Of a stretch of DNA of 64,000 nucleotides, positions 16,132 through 25,652 are shown in pieces (position 1 is the first letter of the stretch; each line of letters opens with the position of its first letter). The notes under the pieces were generated by a model. That model saw only the letters and a list, made by a program, of their open reading frames with translations, searched no databases and had not been told where the DNA came from. The translations under genes and the position numbers were made by a program. Source of the stretch: Verrucomicrobiota bacterium (GTDB taxonomy: Bacteria; Verrucomicrobiota; Verrucomicrobiia; Limisphaerales; DSYF01); assembly GCA_025457615.1 (NCBI GenBank), contig JALOTZ010000013.1, positions 785 to 64,784 of the forward strand, read 5' to 3'.

Positions 16132-16434
16132 ATGCAAACGCAGGTGAGGAATCGCAGGGGAACCACCCACGGCATCTTGGGGTTTGAACCTGTTCAGGAG
16201 TTCGAGCACGAATCGGGTCTCGTGGAGGGCATCGGGTACAGGAACGGCGAGTTGGTCAGATATGCCGCGGCCAGTGTGGATTGTTCGCCCTTCGAATGTG
16301 AACCCATCTCGGTAGCCCAAGCACTGCACTGGTGGGCTGAACTCCAGAATGATCAGAACGCGGACAGCGTCACGTGGACCCGCCACGCCCGAGCGCGCTT
16401 TCTGGAGACAGCCGCCCAGGCCGCCGCTCACTAA
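16132..16434 (+). CDS. hypothetical protein (100 aa), no family recognised
   Basis: ATG at 16132 is preceded by the strong SD AAGGAAGGA (16116-16124) with a 7-nt spacer, in a locally AT-richer pocket. Third-codon positions are mostly G/C. Sequence: MQTQVRNRRGTTHGILGFEPVQEFEHESGLVEGIGYRNGELVRYAAASVDCSPFECEP... Confidence 0.45.
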   Translation: MQTQVRNRRGTTHGILGFEPVQEFEHESGLVEGIGYRNGELVRYAAASVDCSPFECEPISVAQALHWWAELQNDQNADSVTWTRHARARFLETAAQAAAH

Positions 16435-16517
16435 GCAAAACGTCAACGGCGCGTCCGAACAAAACGGGTGTCGGCACCGCATTGAAGCCGAGGGTGCCGT
16501 CCGGATGTGGTTCCGAC

Positions 16518-17018
16518 TCAGAGCACGGGGCCCGGCATCGAGGGCGCACCGGTCGAGCTTCCTGCAGTCGCAGCCGCCGTGGGTGCCAGACCCGCAGGAG
16601 AGGGCGCGGGCTGAGGCTCGGCGGCCACGGGCGCGGCCGGGCGTTTGCGAACCGCAGTCCGACCTGACCTTGAAGCGCCGGGTTGGGCCACCGGCTTGGT
16701 TGAGCGAACAGGCTTGGTTTCCTTGCCCTTCTTCCGGGCTGCCTTGGCCGCCTTCTTGGCCGCCTTGCGCTGTCTGTCCACCACCTTCTCCAACGCCTTC
16801 CTGGACTTCTTGGCGAGGCGCGCGGAGGCTTTGGCCTGTTGGCGGGCCTGCTTGAGCTTCGTCTTGGCCGCCTTGAAATTCTTCTTGGCCTGTTTGGACT
16901 TCAGCTTGTCGGCTTGGGCCCGCTTGACAGCCGCCTGCACTTGGGCGGCAAGAACCCCAAGGTCTGTGGGGGTGGGGTTGGATGGTTTGGCCTTCTTGGC
17001 CATGCTCTTGGATTTCAT
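16518..17018 (-). CDS. Lys/Ala-rich basic protein, histone H1-like
   Basis: MKSKSMAKKAKPSNPTPTDLGVLAAQVQAAVKRAQADKLKSKQAKKNFKAAKTKLKQARQQAKASARLAKKSRKALEKVVDRQRKAAKKAAKAARKKGKETKP..., followed by a Pro/Ala-rich tail. Start trimmed to the Met at 17018. The overlapping alternative-frame ORFs (16114-17112, 16645-17082) are low-complexity artefacts. Confidence 0.6.
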   Translation of the reverse strand: MKSKSMAKKAKPSNPTPTDLGVLAAQVQAAVKRAQADKLKSKQAKKNFKAAKTKLKQARQQAKASARLAKKSRKALEKVVDRQRKAAKKAAKAARKKGKETKPVRSTKPVAQPGASRSGRTAVRKRPAAPVAAEPQPAPSPAGLAPTAAATAGSSTGAPSMPGPVL

Positions 17019-17312
17019 AGGGAATCGTGACAAGGCCCGCCCTGCACAACGCAACCTTGCGCAATTCCGGGCTTGTTGCTGACTGAATAGGTCCCGCCAA
17101 CTTTGACAGCAATCAGATTCTTGAGCGCCCTGCATTTGTAACATTTGGCCGTTTTCCACCGGGACGTGCCCCTGCTGGAACGTCGATCCGACTGGGGGTG
17201 GTATTGGTCGTGCTGAGTCCAAGGGAAAGTCAACGGTCGGTAGTCATGCGGCAGGACCCTCGTGGGTCGTGCCCCGACTGAAGTTCCATCCTGACAAAGA
17301 GTTAGCGCCCCT

Positions 17313-18515
17313 ATGAAGTGCCTCGACACCCGCACAGGGCTGAACGCCCCATTCCAGCCCGGTTCCACCGTCCTCCTCTTGGCCACCCTCCTGAGCCTCG
17401 AAACGCGACTCCCCGCCCAGGCGAGTGTTGAATACACCGGCGACGGCACTCCCACAACGATCGAGGAGGAAATCCGGTGGCGGGTGAATCGGGGGCGTTT
17501 CGACAGCGCCCGGGAGAACACCCTGCGCGGCACCAGCTACAACGACATTCCCGCCACGGCCGGACCCTTGGCGCCAAATCAAAGTCTCACCCTCGCCGCC
17601 CGGCATCACAGCGAGGACATGGCCCGCAACAACGTCTTTCAGCACGACACGATCCTGGGAAGCACCTATTACAACGCCGCCACGCAACCCCTGCCCTGGG
17701 ACCGCCTGCAAGCCGAGGGCTACTCCTACAGCAGCGCGGCCGAAAACATCGCCGCGGGTTACAGCGGGGCGGAAGCTGCTTATGTAGGCTGGTGGAACAG
17801 CGCAGGGCATCGTGTGAACATGTTCAACAGCAGCCTGCGGGAAATCGGGGACGGCTACTTCTTCTGGAGCAGTTCGACGTACGACCGCTATTACACCATG
17901 GATCTGGGCAGCCGCAACAGCCGCACCTTCTTCACCGACACCCTGTTCCACGATGCGAACGGCAACGGCACCTACGACTCGGGAGAAGGGATCTCCGGCA
18001 TCGCCGTCCGACTGCTGATCTCCGCCTCCGCCCACACCAATTTCGACATCTCCAGCACGGTCGGCAGTTTCGCCATCCCCTACCAGACGCTGACCGCCGG
18101 CGCCACCCTGACCGTGACGCTCTCGAATGCCACAGCCGCCGCCGCGACCCTGAGCATCCCCACGGACCACAGCACCCTGAAAACAGTCACCCTCGCCGCC
18201 GGTCAGATGTTGACGTACGGAAGCTTCAGCAACCCCGGCAGCCCGATCAATGCCGGCTTCAGAAACGTGGCGCCCGCGTCCCTCGCCCCGCTGGTGCCCA
18301 CCCAACTGCAGGTCGCTTCAGCGGGTCCGAACATCCTGCTGCGCTGGTCATCTGAAGCGGATCTCCGCTACCTGCCCCAGGCCACTCATGATTGCCAGGT
18401 CTGGACGAATCTCCTCGCCAGCCCCCTGAACGGCACGGGGAGCGAGATGAGCTGGCAGGATTCGGGAACCGCATCGGGTCAGAAGCTCTACCGGTTGCTG
18501 ATCAGCCGACCGTAA
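17313..18515 (+). CDS. secreted CAP/SCP/PR1-like domain protein with C-terminal beta-rich domains
   Basis: Has a signal-like N-terminus. CAP-domain hallmarks: LTLAARHHSEDMARNNVFQHD...AAENIAAGYSGAEAAYVGWWNSAGHRVNMFNSSLREIGDGYF. Confidence 0.75.
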   Translation: MKCLDTRTGLNAPFQPGSTVLLLATLLSLETRLPAQASVEYTGDGTPTTIEEEIRWRVNRGRFDSARENTLRGTSYNDIPATAGPLAPNQSLTLAARHHSEDMARNNVFQHDTILGSTYYNAATQPLPWDRLQAEGYSYSSAAENIAAGYSGAEAAYVGWWNSAGHRVNMFNSSLREIGDGYFFWSSSTYDRYYTMDLGSRNSRTFFTDTLFHDANGNGTYDSGEGISGIAVRLLISASAHTNFDISSTVGSFAIPYQTLTAGATLTVTLSNATAAAATLSIPTDHSTLKTVTLAAGQMLTYGSFSNPGSPINAGFRNVAPASLAPLVPTQLQVASAGPNILLRWSSEADLRYLPQATHDCQVWTNLLASPLNGTGSEMSWQDSGTASGQKLYRLLISRP

Positions 18516-19054
18516 GGAACCGGGTGCGAACGCCGTCACCCGCCCCCCCATCCGGGGCGCCGGGGCCCCAACACCCAGCGGACGGGGCCCAGTGCAGCCC
18601 TGCTGTGCGTTCGTGGGAAGAAGCCCCTCCAGGTATTGGACGTGACTTCGGGCCGTGAACCCCTGCACCGTAGCCGCCGCACGTCAGTCGGCGCCATCAT
18701 CCCGAATTGGACGTCGCCCTCAGCCATCCAGCCGCCCTTCCACTCTCGGGGGGAGAATCGCGCGGACTCCCCTGTCTGCCTGCCCGGCACAGGCAAGTGT
18801 CCACGGCTACGAGGTGCCTGGGATCCTCCACAATCCCAGTATCGCACGCTGGGCTTAGACCCTCCTTCGCGATCGCTTGCTCCTTCTCCTGATCAAACTT
18901 CGGCTCATTCGTAGCCCGCCCCAGCCGCCATACAAAGCCCACCGCCTATGCGAAACCAAAGTATATCAGCCCGCGGTTGTGCTATGCGCCTGGACGTTCT
19001 AATGTAAACCACGCACCCGGAGACAAACCCAAGGTCGTTGTCGCCGAGGCGGGC

Positions 19055-21115
19055 ATGGCGATGCGTGGGAAATCAAAAAGTGGAACAACGCAGGATGTGC
19101 CAAGCGGCAGGGATGGCGACGAGGCGTCGTTACGCCAGAGTGAGGAACGTTTGCGCTATGCCCTGAACGCGTCCAGCGACGGCCTGTGGGATTGGGACCT
19201 CGCCACCCATCATGTCTATTTCTCCCCCCGCTGGAAATCCATGCTGGGCTACGCGGATCAGGAGTTGGAAAACCACTTCAGCACCTGGGACCGGTTGGTG
19301 GATCCGTCTGAACGGGACCGGGTGGTGCGCGAGGCCGAGGATTACACCGCCGACCGCATCCCGAAGTTCGAGGTTGAATTCCGCATGCGCCACAAGGCCG
19401 GGCATTGGGTCGAAATCCTCTCGCGGGCCACTGCAATGCGGGACGCGCAAGGACAAGCGGTCCGCCTGATCGGCACCCACACAGACATCACCGACCGGAA
19501 ACGGGCGGACGATGAAATCTGGCGGCTCACCCACGTGCTCGAGCAACGGGTACAGGAGCGCTCCACCGCCCTGATCGAGATGGAAGATCGGATGCGGCGG
19601 CTGGTCGCACTGGTGCCAGCCGGCATCGTTATCTATGGGGCGGATGGCCGGATTTTGCTCAGCAACCCCGCCGCCCAGAAGATGCTGGGACTTTCGTCAG
19701 CGGAAGCAGCCGGCAAGGGAGTCGAGGATCCCGCCTGGCAGTTCCTGCGTGCAGACGGAACGCCCATGGCTTTGGAAGGGTATCCCGTCTCCCAGGTCCT
19801 CGCCCGACGGGCCGCGCTGTTGGGCCAGATCGTGGGCATTCGCCGCCGCCCAGGACAGGTTCCGCTCTGGACACTCGTGAATGCCGAACCCCGGTTCACC
19901 CCGGACGGCCGGATCGCCGAGGTGATCGTCGGGTTCATGGACATCTCGGAGCGCATCCAGGCCGAGAATCTGCTCCGTCAGATGAATGACGAACTCGAAA
20001 AGCGTGTGGCCCGCCGCACCGCCGACCTGAGCGAGAGCGAAGCGCGCCTTCGCACCCTGTCCGAAGCCACGTTCGAGGGGATCATGCTCTCGCGCAACGG
20101 CATCATCGAGGACTGCAATGATCAGTTGGCCCGCATGTTTGGTTATTCGCGCGGAGACTTGCTCGGCCGCGCTGTGCTGAATTTCGTGGTGCCCGAAGCG
20201 AGGGAGCGGCTCGGCCAGGCGATCTCCGAGGGAGTGGAGGCCATCCTCGAACAGAAGGTGATCTGCAAGGATGGCAGCCATCGGCTGGTGGAAAGCCATG
20301 GCCGGTCGCCCGGCGGGCCGAACGCGCTGCGCTTCACCGCCATCCGGGATGTGACCGAACGCAGGAAAACCGAGGAACAACTGGAAGCTTCCCGAGCCGC
20401 GCTGGAACGCAGCCGCAGGCTGGCGGAAATCAGCGAGATCAGCGCCGGCATCGTGCACCAGATCGGCCAGCCGGTGAGCGCCATCGCGGGCAATGTCTTC
20501 GCCGCCCGCGAGCTGATGGCTCAAGGCCATTCCTCCCGCGCCACCATGGACGAGATGCTGGGGGAGATCGAGGCCGACCTGCAGCGGATCCGGGACATCA
20601 TGGCGCGGCTGCGTTCGCTGGTTCACCCCCTCCAGAATCACCGGCAAAGAACTGACCTCAACCAACTCGTGGCTGAGGCTTTGGACAACCTCAACGCCGA
20701 AGCCGAAGCCCAGGAAATCCAGGTGCAGTTTGACCGCGCGGCGACCTTGCCTTTGGTGACGGTGGACCGGGTGCAGATTAACCAGGCCTTGCGCAATCTG
20801 GTCGAAAACGCCTTTCAAGCCGTGGCCACCTCCCCGGTCAAGCCGCGCTTGGTGCGGATCACAACACGCGCGGTACAGGGAGGTGGCGTCGAACTGGAGG
20901 TCGGGGACTCCGGCCCGGGCATCACCCCGGGCCAGGAGGAGCGCATCTTCGACTCGTTCTACACCAGCAAACCGAAAGGCATGGGAATCGGGCTGCGGAT
21001 TGCCCGAACCATCATCCAGACCCACGGCGGCCAGTTGGAAGCCTGCAATAACCACCACAGTCCAGGGGCGACGTTCCGCCTCCGCCTCCCCGTCTGCACA
21101 CCCCCCGCGCCATGA
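19055..21115 (+). CDS. multi-PAS sensor histidine kinase
   Basis: Repeated PAS modules (LRQSEERLRYALNASSDGLWDWDL...; PAGIVIYGADGRILLSNPAAQKMLG...; SEARLRTLSEATFEGIMLS...), then an HisKA-like dimerisation region and the HATPase motifs NLVENAFQA...DSGPGI...GMGIGL. The start is uncertain (ATG at 19055 or TTG at 18977). Confidence 0.85.
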   Translation: MAMRGKSKSGTTQDVPSGRDGDEASLRQSEERLRYALNASSDGLWDWDLATHHVYFSPRWKSMLGYADQELENHFSTWDRLVDPSERDRVVREAEDYTADRIPKFEVEFRMRHKAGHWVEILSRATAMRDAQGQAVRLIGTHTDITDRKRADDEIWRLTHVLEQRVQERSTALIEMEDRMRRLVALVPAGIVIYGADGRILLSNPAAQKMLGLSSAEAAGKGVEDPAWQFLRADGTPMALEGYPVSQVLARRAALLGQIVGIRRRPGQVPLWTLVNAEPRFTPDGRIAEVIVGFMDISERIQAENLLRQMNDELEKRVARRTADLSESEARLRTLSEATFEGIMLSRNGIIEDCNDQLARMFGYSRGDLLGRAVLNFVVPEARERLGQAISEGVEAILEQKVICKDGSHRLVESHGRSPGGPNALRFTAIRDVTERRKTEEQLEASRAALERSRRLAEISEISAGIVHQIGQPVSAIAGNVFAARELMAQGHSSRATMDEMLGEIEADLQRIRDIMARLRSLVHPLQNHRQRTDLNQLVAEALDNLNAEAEAQEIQVQFDRAATLPLVTVDRVQINQALRNLVENAFQAVATSPVKPRLVRITTRAVQGGGVELEVGDSGPGITPGQEERIFDSFYTSKPKGMGIGLRIARTIIQTHGGQLEACNNHHSPGATFRLRLPVCTPPAP

Positions 21116-21735
21116 CGAAAAACTCCCATCTGGTGGTGGTGCTGGATGACGACCCGTCGGTCCTCAAGAGCCTGAGCCGCCTCCTGACGACCCGGGGCTA
21201 CCAAGTGCGGACGCATTCGGATGCCGACGAATTCCTGCGCGCCGGCCCTCCAGCCGGGACGGCCTGCGTGCTGCTGGACCAGAACCTGGGACGGATCACC
21301 GGGCTGCAAGTACATGCCGAGATGCGGCGACGCCAATGGAACATCCCCACCGTTTTCCTGACGGCGCAAGCGGACACCGCCGCCGTGGTGGCGGCCATTC
21401 GGGGCGGGGCGGACGATTACATCACCAAGCCCTACGACCCCGTCGAATTGATGGCCAGCGTAGCCCGGGCCTTGCAACACGCCGAGGAGAACCAGGAGGA
21501 GAACGACTCGCTTGCAGCACTCCGGGCTCGTGCCGCGCGGTTGACCGATCGGGAACGCACCGTGGTTTCACACATCCTCACGGGCCTGCTCAACAAGGAG
21601 ATCGCCGACCGCCTCCACATCGCCCTCGTGACGGTCAAGATCCACCGGGGCAATGCGATGAAAAAGCTGGGGGCCCGCAACTCGGCCGAACTGGGCCGCA
21701 TCGCCGCCGCACTCGGGCTCGACCGCCAGCCCTGA
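21112..21735 (+). CDS. response regulator, REC + LuxR/FixJ-type HTH
   Basis: VVVLDDDPSVLKSL...VLLDQNL (REC domain) and LTDRERTVVSHILTGLLNKEIADRLHIALVTVKIHRGNAMKKLG (LuxR HTH). ATGA overlap with the kinase stop. Confidence 0.9.
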   Translation: MTKNSHLVVVLDDDPSVLKSLSRLLTTRGYQVRTHSDADEFLRAGPPAGTACVLLDQNLGRITGLQVHAEMRRRQWNIPTVFLTAQADTAAVVAAIRGGADDYITKPYDPVELMASVARALQHAEENQEENDSLAALRARAARLTDRERTVVSHILTGLLNKEIADRLHIALVTVKIHRGNAMKKLGARNSAELGRIAAALGLDRQP

Positions 21736-22081
21736 AGGCCCACTCCCTGCCCACAGAATTCCAACTTTGATCGCACCACGGCACTCATGGATGTTATGGC
21801 GGCGCTCTGGGATCGCCGAAGCCCTCTGCGACTGCTGAACAGCCAGGGGCACAGACCGCCGCGACAAACCTTCCCGGGTCTAGGCGATGACTGCTCGATT
21901 AAAGCGCAGCCTGTGGCCTGCCAGACACCGCTTCCGGGCAGGGCAAACCGCCGCCCTGGGCTGGGTCAATCTCTCACGTTGAAGCTTCCTGCGCAGGGTG
22001 TAGTTTGGTTCAAGGCAATCGAAGGCGACGGCCCATGAGGGCAGCGCCTGTGCGAGGTTCAAGATCACCGGAGGCCTGTGT

Positions 22082-25000
22082 ATGAAAAATCAGAGGAGAA
22101 GCATGTGCGGCGGATTGACCTTGCTCCGTGCTTTGAAGCCGAGCCTCTGGGGAATCGCGGGGGCCTTATTGGCCAGCACGGTCGGCAACGGCCTGGGCCA
22201 GGCCCTGCCGTTTGTCATCAGCACCCAACCCTCGGACCAAGTCGTGGCGGAGGGGGGCAGCACCACGTTCAGCGTTTCCGGGTCCGGCACCCAGCCCTTG
22301 AGTTTCCAGTGGCGACGCGACGGTGTTGACCTGCTGGGCGCGACCAACTCGGCCCTGTTCATTCAGGGTGTCTGGCTCACCAACGCGGGGGACTACACGG
22401 TGTTGGTGAGCAATGCTGCGGGGGTCGTCACCAGCCAGGCGGCCCTGCTCTCGGTCGGACTCGGCCGGGTCTTCACCAATGCGGCAGGAAGTCAGCTCCC
22501 GTACCGGCTTTTCCCACCTCGTCACTACGACCCGGCGGAAAACTACCCCCTGGTTCTGTTCTGGCACGGCTCGGGGCAGTCAGGCACGGATAACCTGTCC
22601 CAATTGACCGACCACGGGCAGTTCGTCTTTCTTTCGCTAACCAACCAGACGCTGCATCCCTGCTTCCTGCTGGCCCCGCAGCTTCCGTTCCCGGTCGGTT
22701 GCGACGACGACTTCGCATTCGAGGACCAGACCGTTGAGTTGCTCCAAGCCCTGGCGATGGAATTCGGGATTGACCTGGATCGACTTCACGTCACGGGTTT
22801 GTCGATGGGAGGCTTCATTTCCTGGAACATGATGGCCCGGTATCCGGACCTGTTCGCCGCCGCGATCCCCATGTCCGGAGGCTGGGGGTGTTGGATCTAT
22901 GACTTGTACCTCGGCATCCGCATCCCGGTCTGGAACTTCCACGCGGCCAATGATACCGCGGTGTCCGTTTCCTATTCGGATGACGCGGTCGCCGCGTTGC
23001 GGAATGCCGGGGGCAACCCCATTTACACCCGCTATCGGGGCGGAGGACACGCCATCTGGCGCACGGCCTACAACACGCCGGGGCTGGTGGATTGGGTCAT
23101 GGCCCAGACCCGGGGCGCAGCTTCGGCCACGCTTCCCCTGGTGACCATCCGCGCCCCGACCGCGGAGGCCACCTTGGTGAACCCTTCCGCCAGCCTCGAT
23201 CTGGCGGGCACGGCGGCGCATAGCCTCTCGAGTATTTCACAAGTGACGGTGACCAATGCGCTGAACGGCTTGGGAGGCGTGGCCACGGGCACCACGGTCT
23301 GGTCCTTGAACGGCCTTCCGCTTGAAACCGGTGCCTCAAACGTCATCGTGGTCACCGCCAGGGGGATCACCTCGGCCGGCATCACCACGTTCAATGACAC
23401 CCTGACCGTGCAGGTGGCTCAAGCGCCTGAAATTGTCACCCAACCGGCAAGTCAGACCCTCCGCCCGGGCATTCCGGCGACCTTGTGTGTGACCGCCACG
23501 GGCGCCCCAACCCCGACCTATCAATGGCGCAAAGATGGCACCAACCTCCACAACGCCGGGAGAATCGCCGGGGCAACCGACGCCTGCCTGACGATTTCCG
23601 GCGCTCTCGAAAGCGACAGTGGCGTGTATTCCGTCGTCGTCAGCAACACCCTGGACGTGGTCATCAGTTCCAACGCCACGCTCCAGGTGACACCCTTGGA
23701 CCACTTCGCCTGGAGCACCCTTCCGTCACCGCAAATCGACAAGGCGCCCTTCCCGGCGACCATCACCGCCGAGGACTACCTGAACCGCCGGGTGACCAAC
23801 TTCAATGCCTGCATTCCGTTATCGAGTGTCACCGTGCGGTCGAACCAGTTGGGCAACGGGAACAGCTTGGTGAACTTCCCGTTGGGCACCTATTATCACG
23901 ATGAACGCACCCAGGCCATCTATCCACCGCAAGAAATCGGCGCGGCGGGACCCATCACCTCGCTGTCCCTCGAGGTGGTGACCCGTCCGGGACAGACCCT
24001 CAACGCCTGGACCATCCGCATGAAGCACACGCCGCTGGTGGCCTACACCAACGCCCTTTGGGAAGGCGGCGGCTGGACGACGGTTTATCAAACCAACCTC
24101 AGTGTGACGGCCACGGGCTGGATCTCCTTCCAGTTGACGACGCCGTTCGACTACAACGGGGTGGACAGCCTGATGGTTGATTTCAGTTTCAACAACTCGA
24201 CATGGACGAGCAACGGCTTTTGCCGCGCCACGCCGCACCGCGTCAATCAGGCCTTGTACCACCAGACGGACAGCGGCTACGGAGATCCGTTGAAGTGGTC
24301 AGGCGCTTCCCCCACCCCCTACCGCAGCCTCTATACGCCCAATCTGCGTCTCACCATGGACGGCGGACCGGCAGCATCTCTCCAGCCCTCCGTGGCGTGT
24401 TTCACCAACGGAACCTGGAGCGGTGGGCTGACCATCCAAGCCCCCGCAACCAACCTGACGTTGCAGGCCGACGATGGACTGGGACATTCAGGCTGGAGCA
24501 ACCCGTTTGACGTGCTGCCCTCGCCGCCCGTCATTCTTGCGCAACCAACCAATTCGGTAGTGCCCATCGGCGGGACGGCGACCTACTGTGTCATCGCTGT
24601 CGGGACGGATCCTTTGTACTACACCTGGCTGCATGACGGCACGCCCATCTCCGGAGCAACCGGACGGTGCTACATCACCCACCCTGTGCTGTTCTCCGAC
24701 TCCGGAAGTCATTTCAGTTGCCTGATCAGCAACGCCTATGGCAGTGCCATCACTGCCGATGCGCGGCTCGTGGTCAACCGTCCGCCTGTGGCCGATGCCA
24801 GCGCCACTCCGCCGGTTGTCCTCTCCGGCAACACCACCGATGCGCAGGCGATCCTTGACGGCACGCGTTCCTCGGATCCCGACGGCGATCTGCTGCAATA
24901 CCTGTGGTTCCACACCCTCAACGCCCAACCCCCGGCCCTTCTGGCCAGCGGCGCCGTGGCGGTGGTCGTGCTGCCGGTGGGCACACACCCGCTGGAGTTG

Positions 25001-25549
25001 GTCGTCAGCGATGGGATGCTGTCATCCACCAACCCGGTGACCATCGAGGTCATCACGGCGTCACAAGGCATGCAGCGGCTGATCGCACAGGTTACCTCCA
25101 GTTGGCCGGCGTATCCGCCACTCGTGGCCACGCTCCGGGCCGGACTGGCTTCCGTGGAACGGGACGACGCCATCCCCGCCATCAACCAGTTGCTGGCGTT
25201 TCAGAACAAGGTGCGCGCCCAGGTGGCCCCCTCCGACCCGACGCTGGCCACCAGTTTAATGGAACAGGCGCAGGAGATCCTGGATGCGTTGAACGGGGGC
25301 CATACCAACCCGGGCGGCCGACCGCACGGCAGGTTCACTTCGGTGGCGCATCAATCCAATGGTCACATGCAACTGCAATTCGCTGCTGAACGGGGCCCGA
25401 TCTACATCCTGGAAGCCTCCACCAACCTGGTGGATTGGGAACCAATCGGACTGGCACGGGAGCAGGACGACGGGACGTTCACATTCGAGGACGTGAACGC
25501 CGCCAGGTTCCCAACCCGCTACTACCGCGTCGTGTCCCCGTGTCTGTAA
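22082..25549 (+). CDS. 1155-aa secreted multidomain protein: Ig-like repeats + alpha/beta-hydrolase (esterase) + PKD-like domain + conserved C-terminal module
   Basis: Signal-like N-terminus. Three Ig I-set-like repeats (QPSDQVVAEGGSTTFSVSGSG..YTVLVSNAAG; QPASQTLRPGIPATLCV..YSVVVSN; QPTNSVVPIGGTATYCV..FSCLISNAYG). Esterase core YPLVLFWHGSGQSG...VTGLSMGGF...HAANDTAV...GGGHAIW. PKD-like SSDPDGDLLQYLWF. C-terminus YILEASTNLVDWEPIG...YYRVVSP. Confidence 0.8.
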   Translation: MKNQRRSMCGGLTLLRALKPSLWGIAGALLASTVGNGLGQALPFVISTQPSDQVVAEGGSTTFSVSGSGTQPLSFQWRRDGVDLLGATNSALFIQGVWLTNAGDYTVLVSNAAGVVTSQAALLSVGLGRVFTNAAGSQLPYRLFPPRHYDPAENYPLVLFWHGSGQSGTDNLSQLTDHGQFVFLSLTNQTLHPCFLLAPQLPFPVGCDDDFAFEDQTVELLQALAMEFGIDLDRLHVTGLSMGGFISWNMMARYPDLFAAAIPMSGGWGCWIYDLYLGIRIPVWNFHAANDTAVSVSYSDDAVAALRNAGGNPIYTRYRGGGHAIWRTAYNTPGLVDWVMAQTRGAASATLPLVTIRAPTAEATLVNPSASLDLAGTAAHSLSSISQVTVTNALNGLGGVATGTTVWSLNGLPLETGASNVIVVTARGITSAGITTFNDTLTVQVAQAPEIVTQPASQTLRPGIPATLCVTATGAPTPTYQWRKDGTNLHNAGRIAGATDACLTISGALESDSGVYSVVVSNTLDVVISSNATLQVTPLDHFAWSTLPSPQIDKAPFPATITAEDYLNRRVTNFNACIPLSSVTVRSNQLGNGNSLVNFPLGTYYHDERTQAIYPPQEIGAAGPITSLSLEVVTRPGQTLNAWTIRMKHTPLVAYTNALWEGGGWTTVYQTNLSVTATGWISFQLTTPFDYNGVDSLMVDFSFNNSTWTSNGFCRATPHRVNQALYHQTDSGYGDPLKWSGASPTPYRSLYTPNLRLTMDGGPAASLQPSVACFTNGTWSGGLTIQAPATNLTLQADDGLGHSGWSNPFDVLPSPPVILAQPTNSVVPIGGTATYCVIAVGTDPLYYTWLHDGTPISGATGRCYITHPVLFSDSGSHFSCLISNAYGSAITADARLVVNRPPVADASATPPVVLSGNTTDAQAILDGTRSSDPDGDLLQYLWFHTLNAQPPALLASGAVAVVVLPVGTHPLELVVSDGMLSSTNPVTIEVITASQGMQRLIAQVTSSWPAYPPLVATLRAGLASVERDDAIPAINQLLAFQNKVRAQVAPSDPTLATSLMEQAQEILDALNGGHTNPGGRPHGRFTSVAHQSNGHMQLQFAAERGPIYILEASTNLVDWEPIGLAREQDDGTFTFEDVNAARFPTRYYRVVSPCL

Positions 25550-25652
25550 TTGGGAAAGTTCACTTTGGAAGCCAATCAAAGCAGCCCATAGAGTGGCATC
25601 GGTTGTCGGCAGCTCGTCGTCCGCCGCCGTCGCGCGTCCTTCCCATCCCCGC

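Noticed and set aside
16114-17112. A 332-aa minus-strand ORF and other frames (16349-16855, 16645-17082) overlapping the histone-like gene.
   Set aside because: These are frame-shifted readings of the same GCC/AAG low-complexity DNA (Gly/Gln/Glu- or Leu/Ala/Phe-rich nonsense). The K/A-rich frame with an MKSKSMAKK start is the only one resembling a known protein class.
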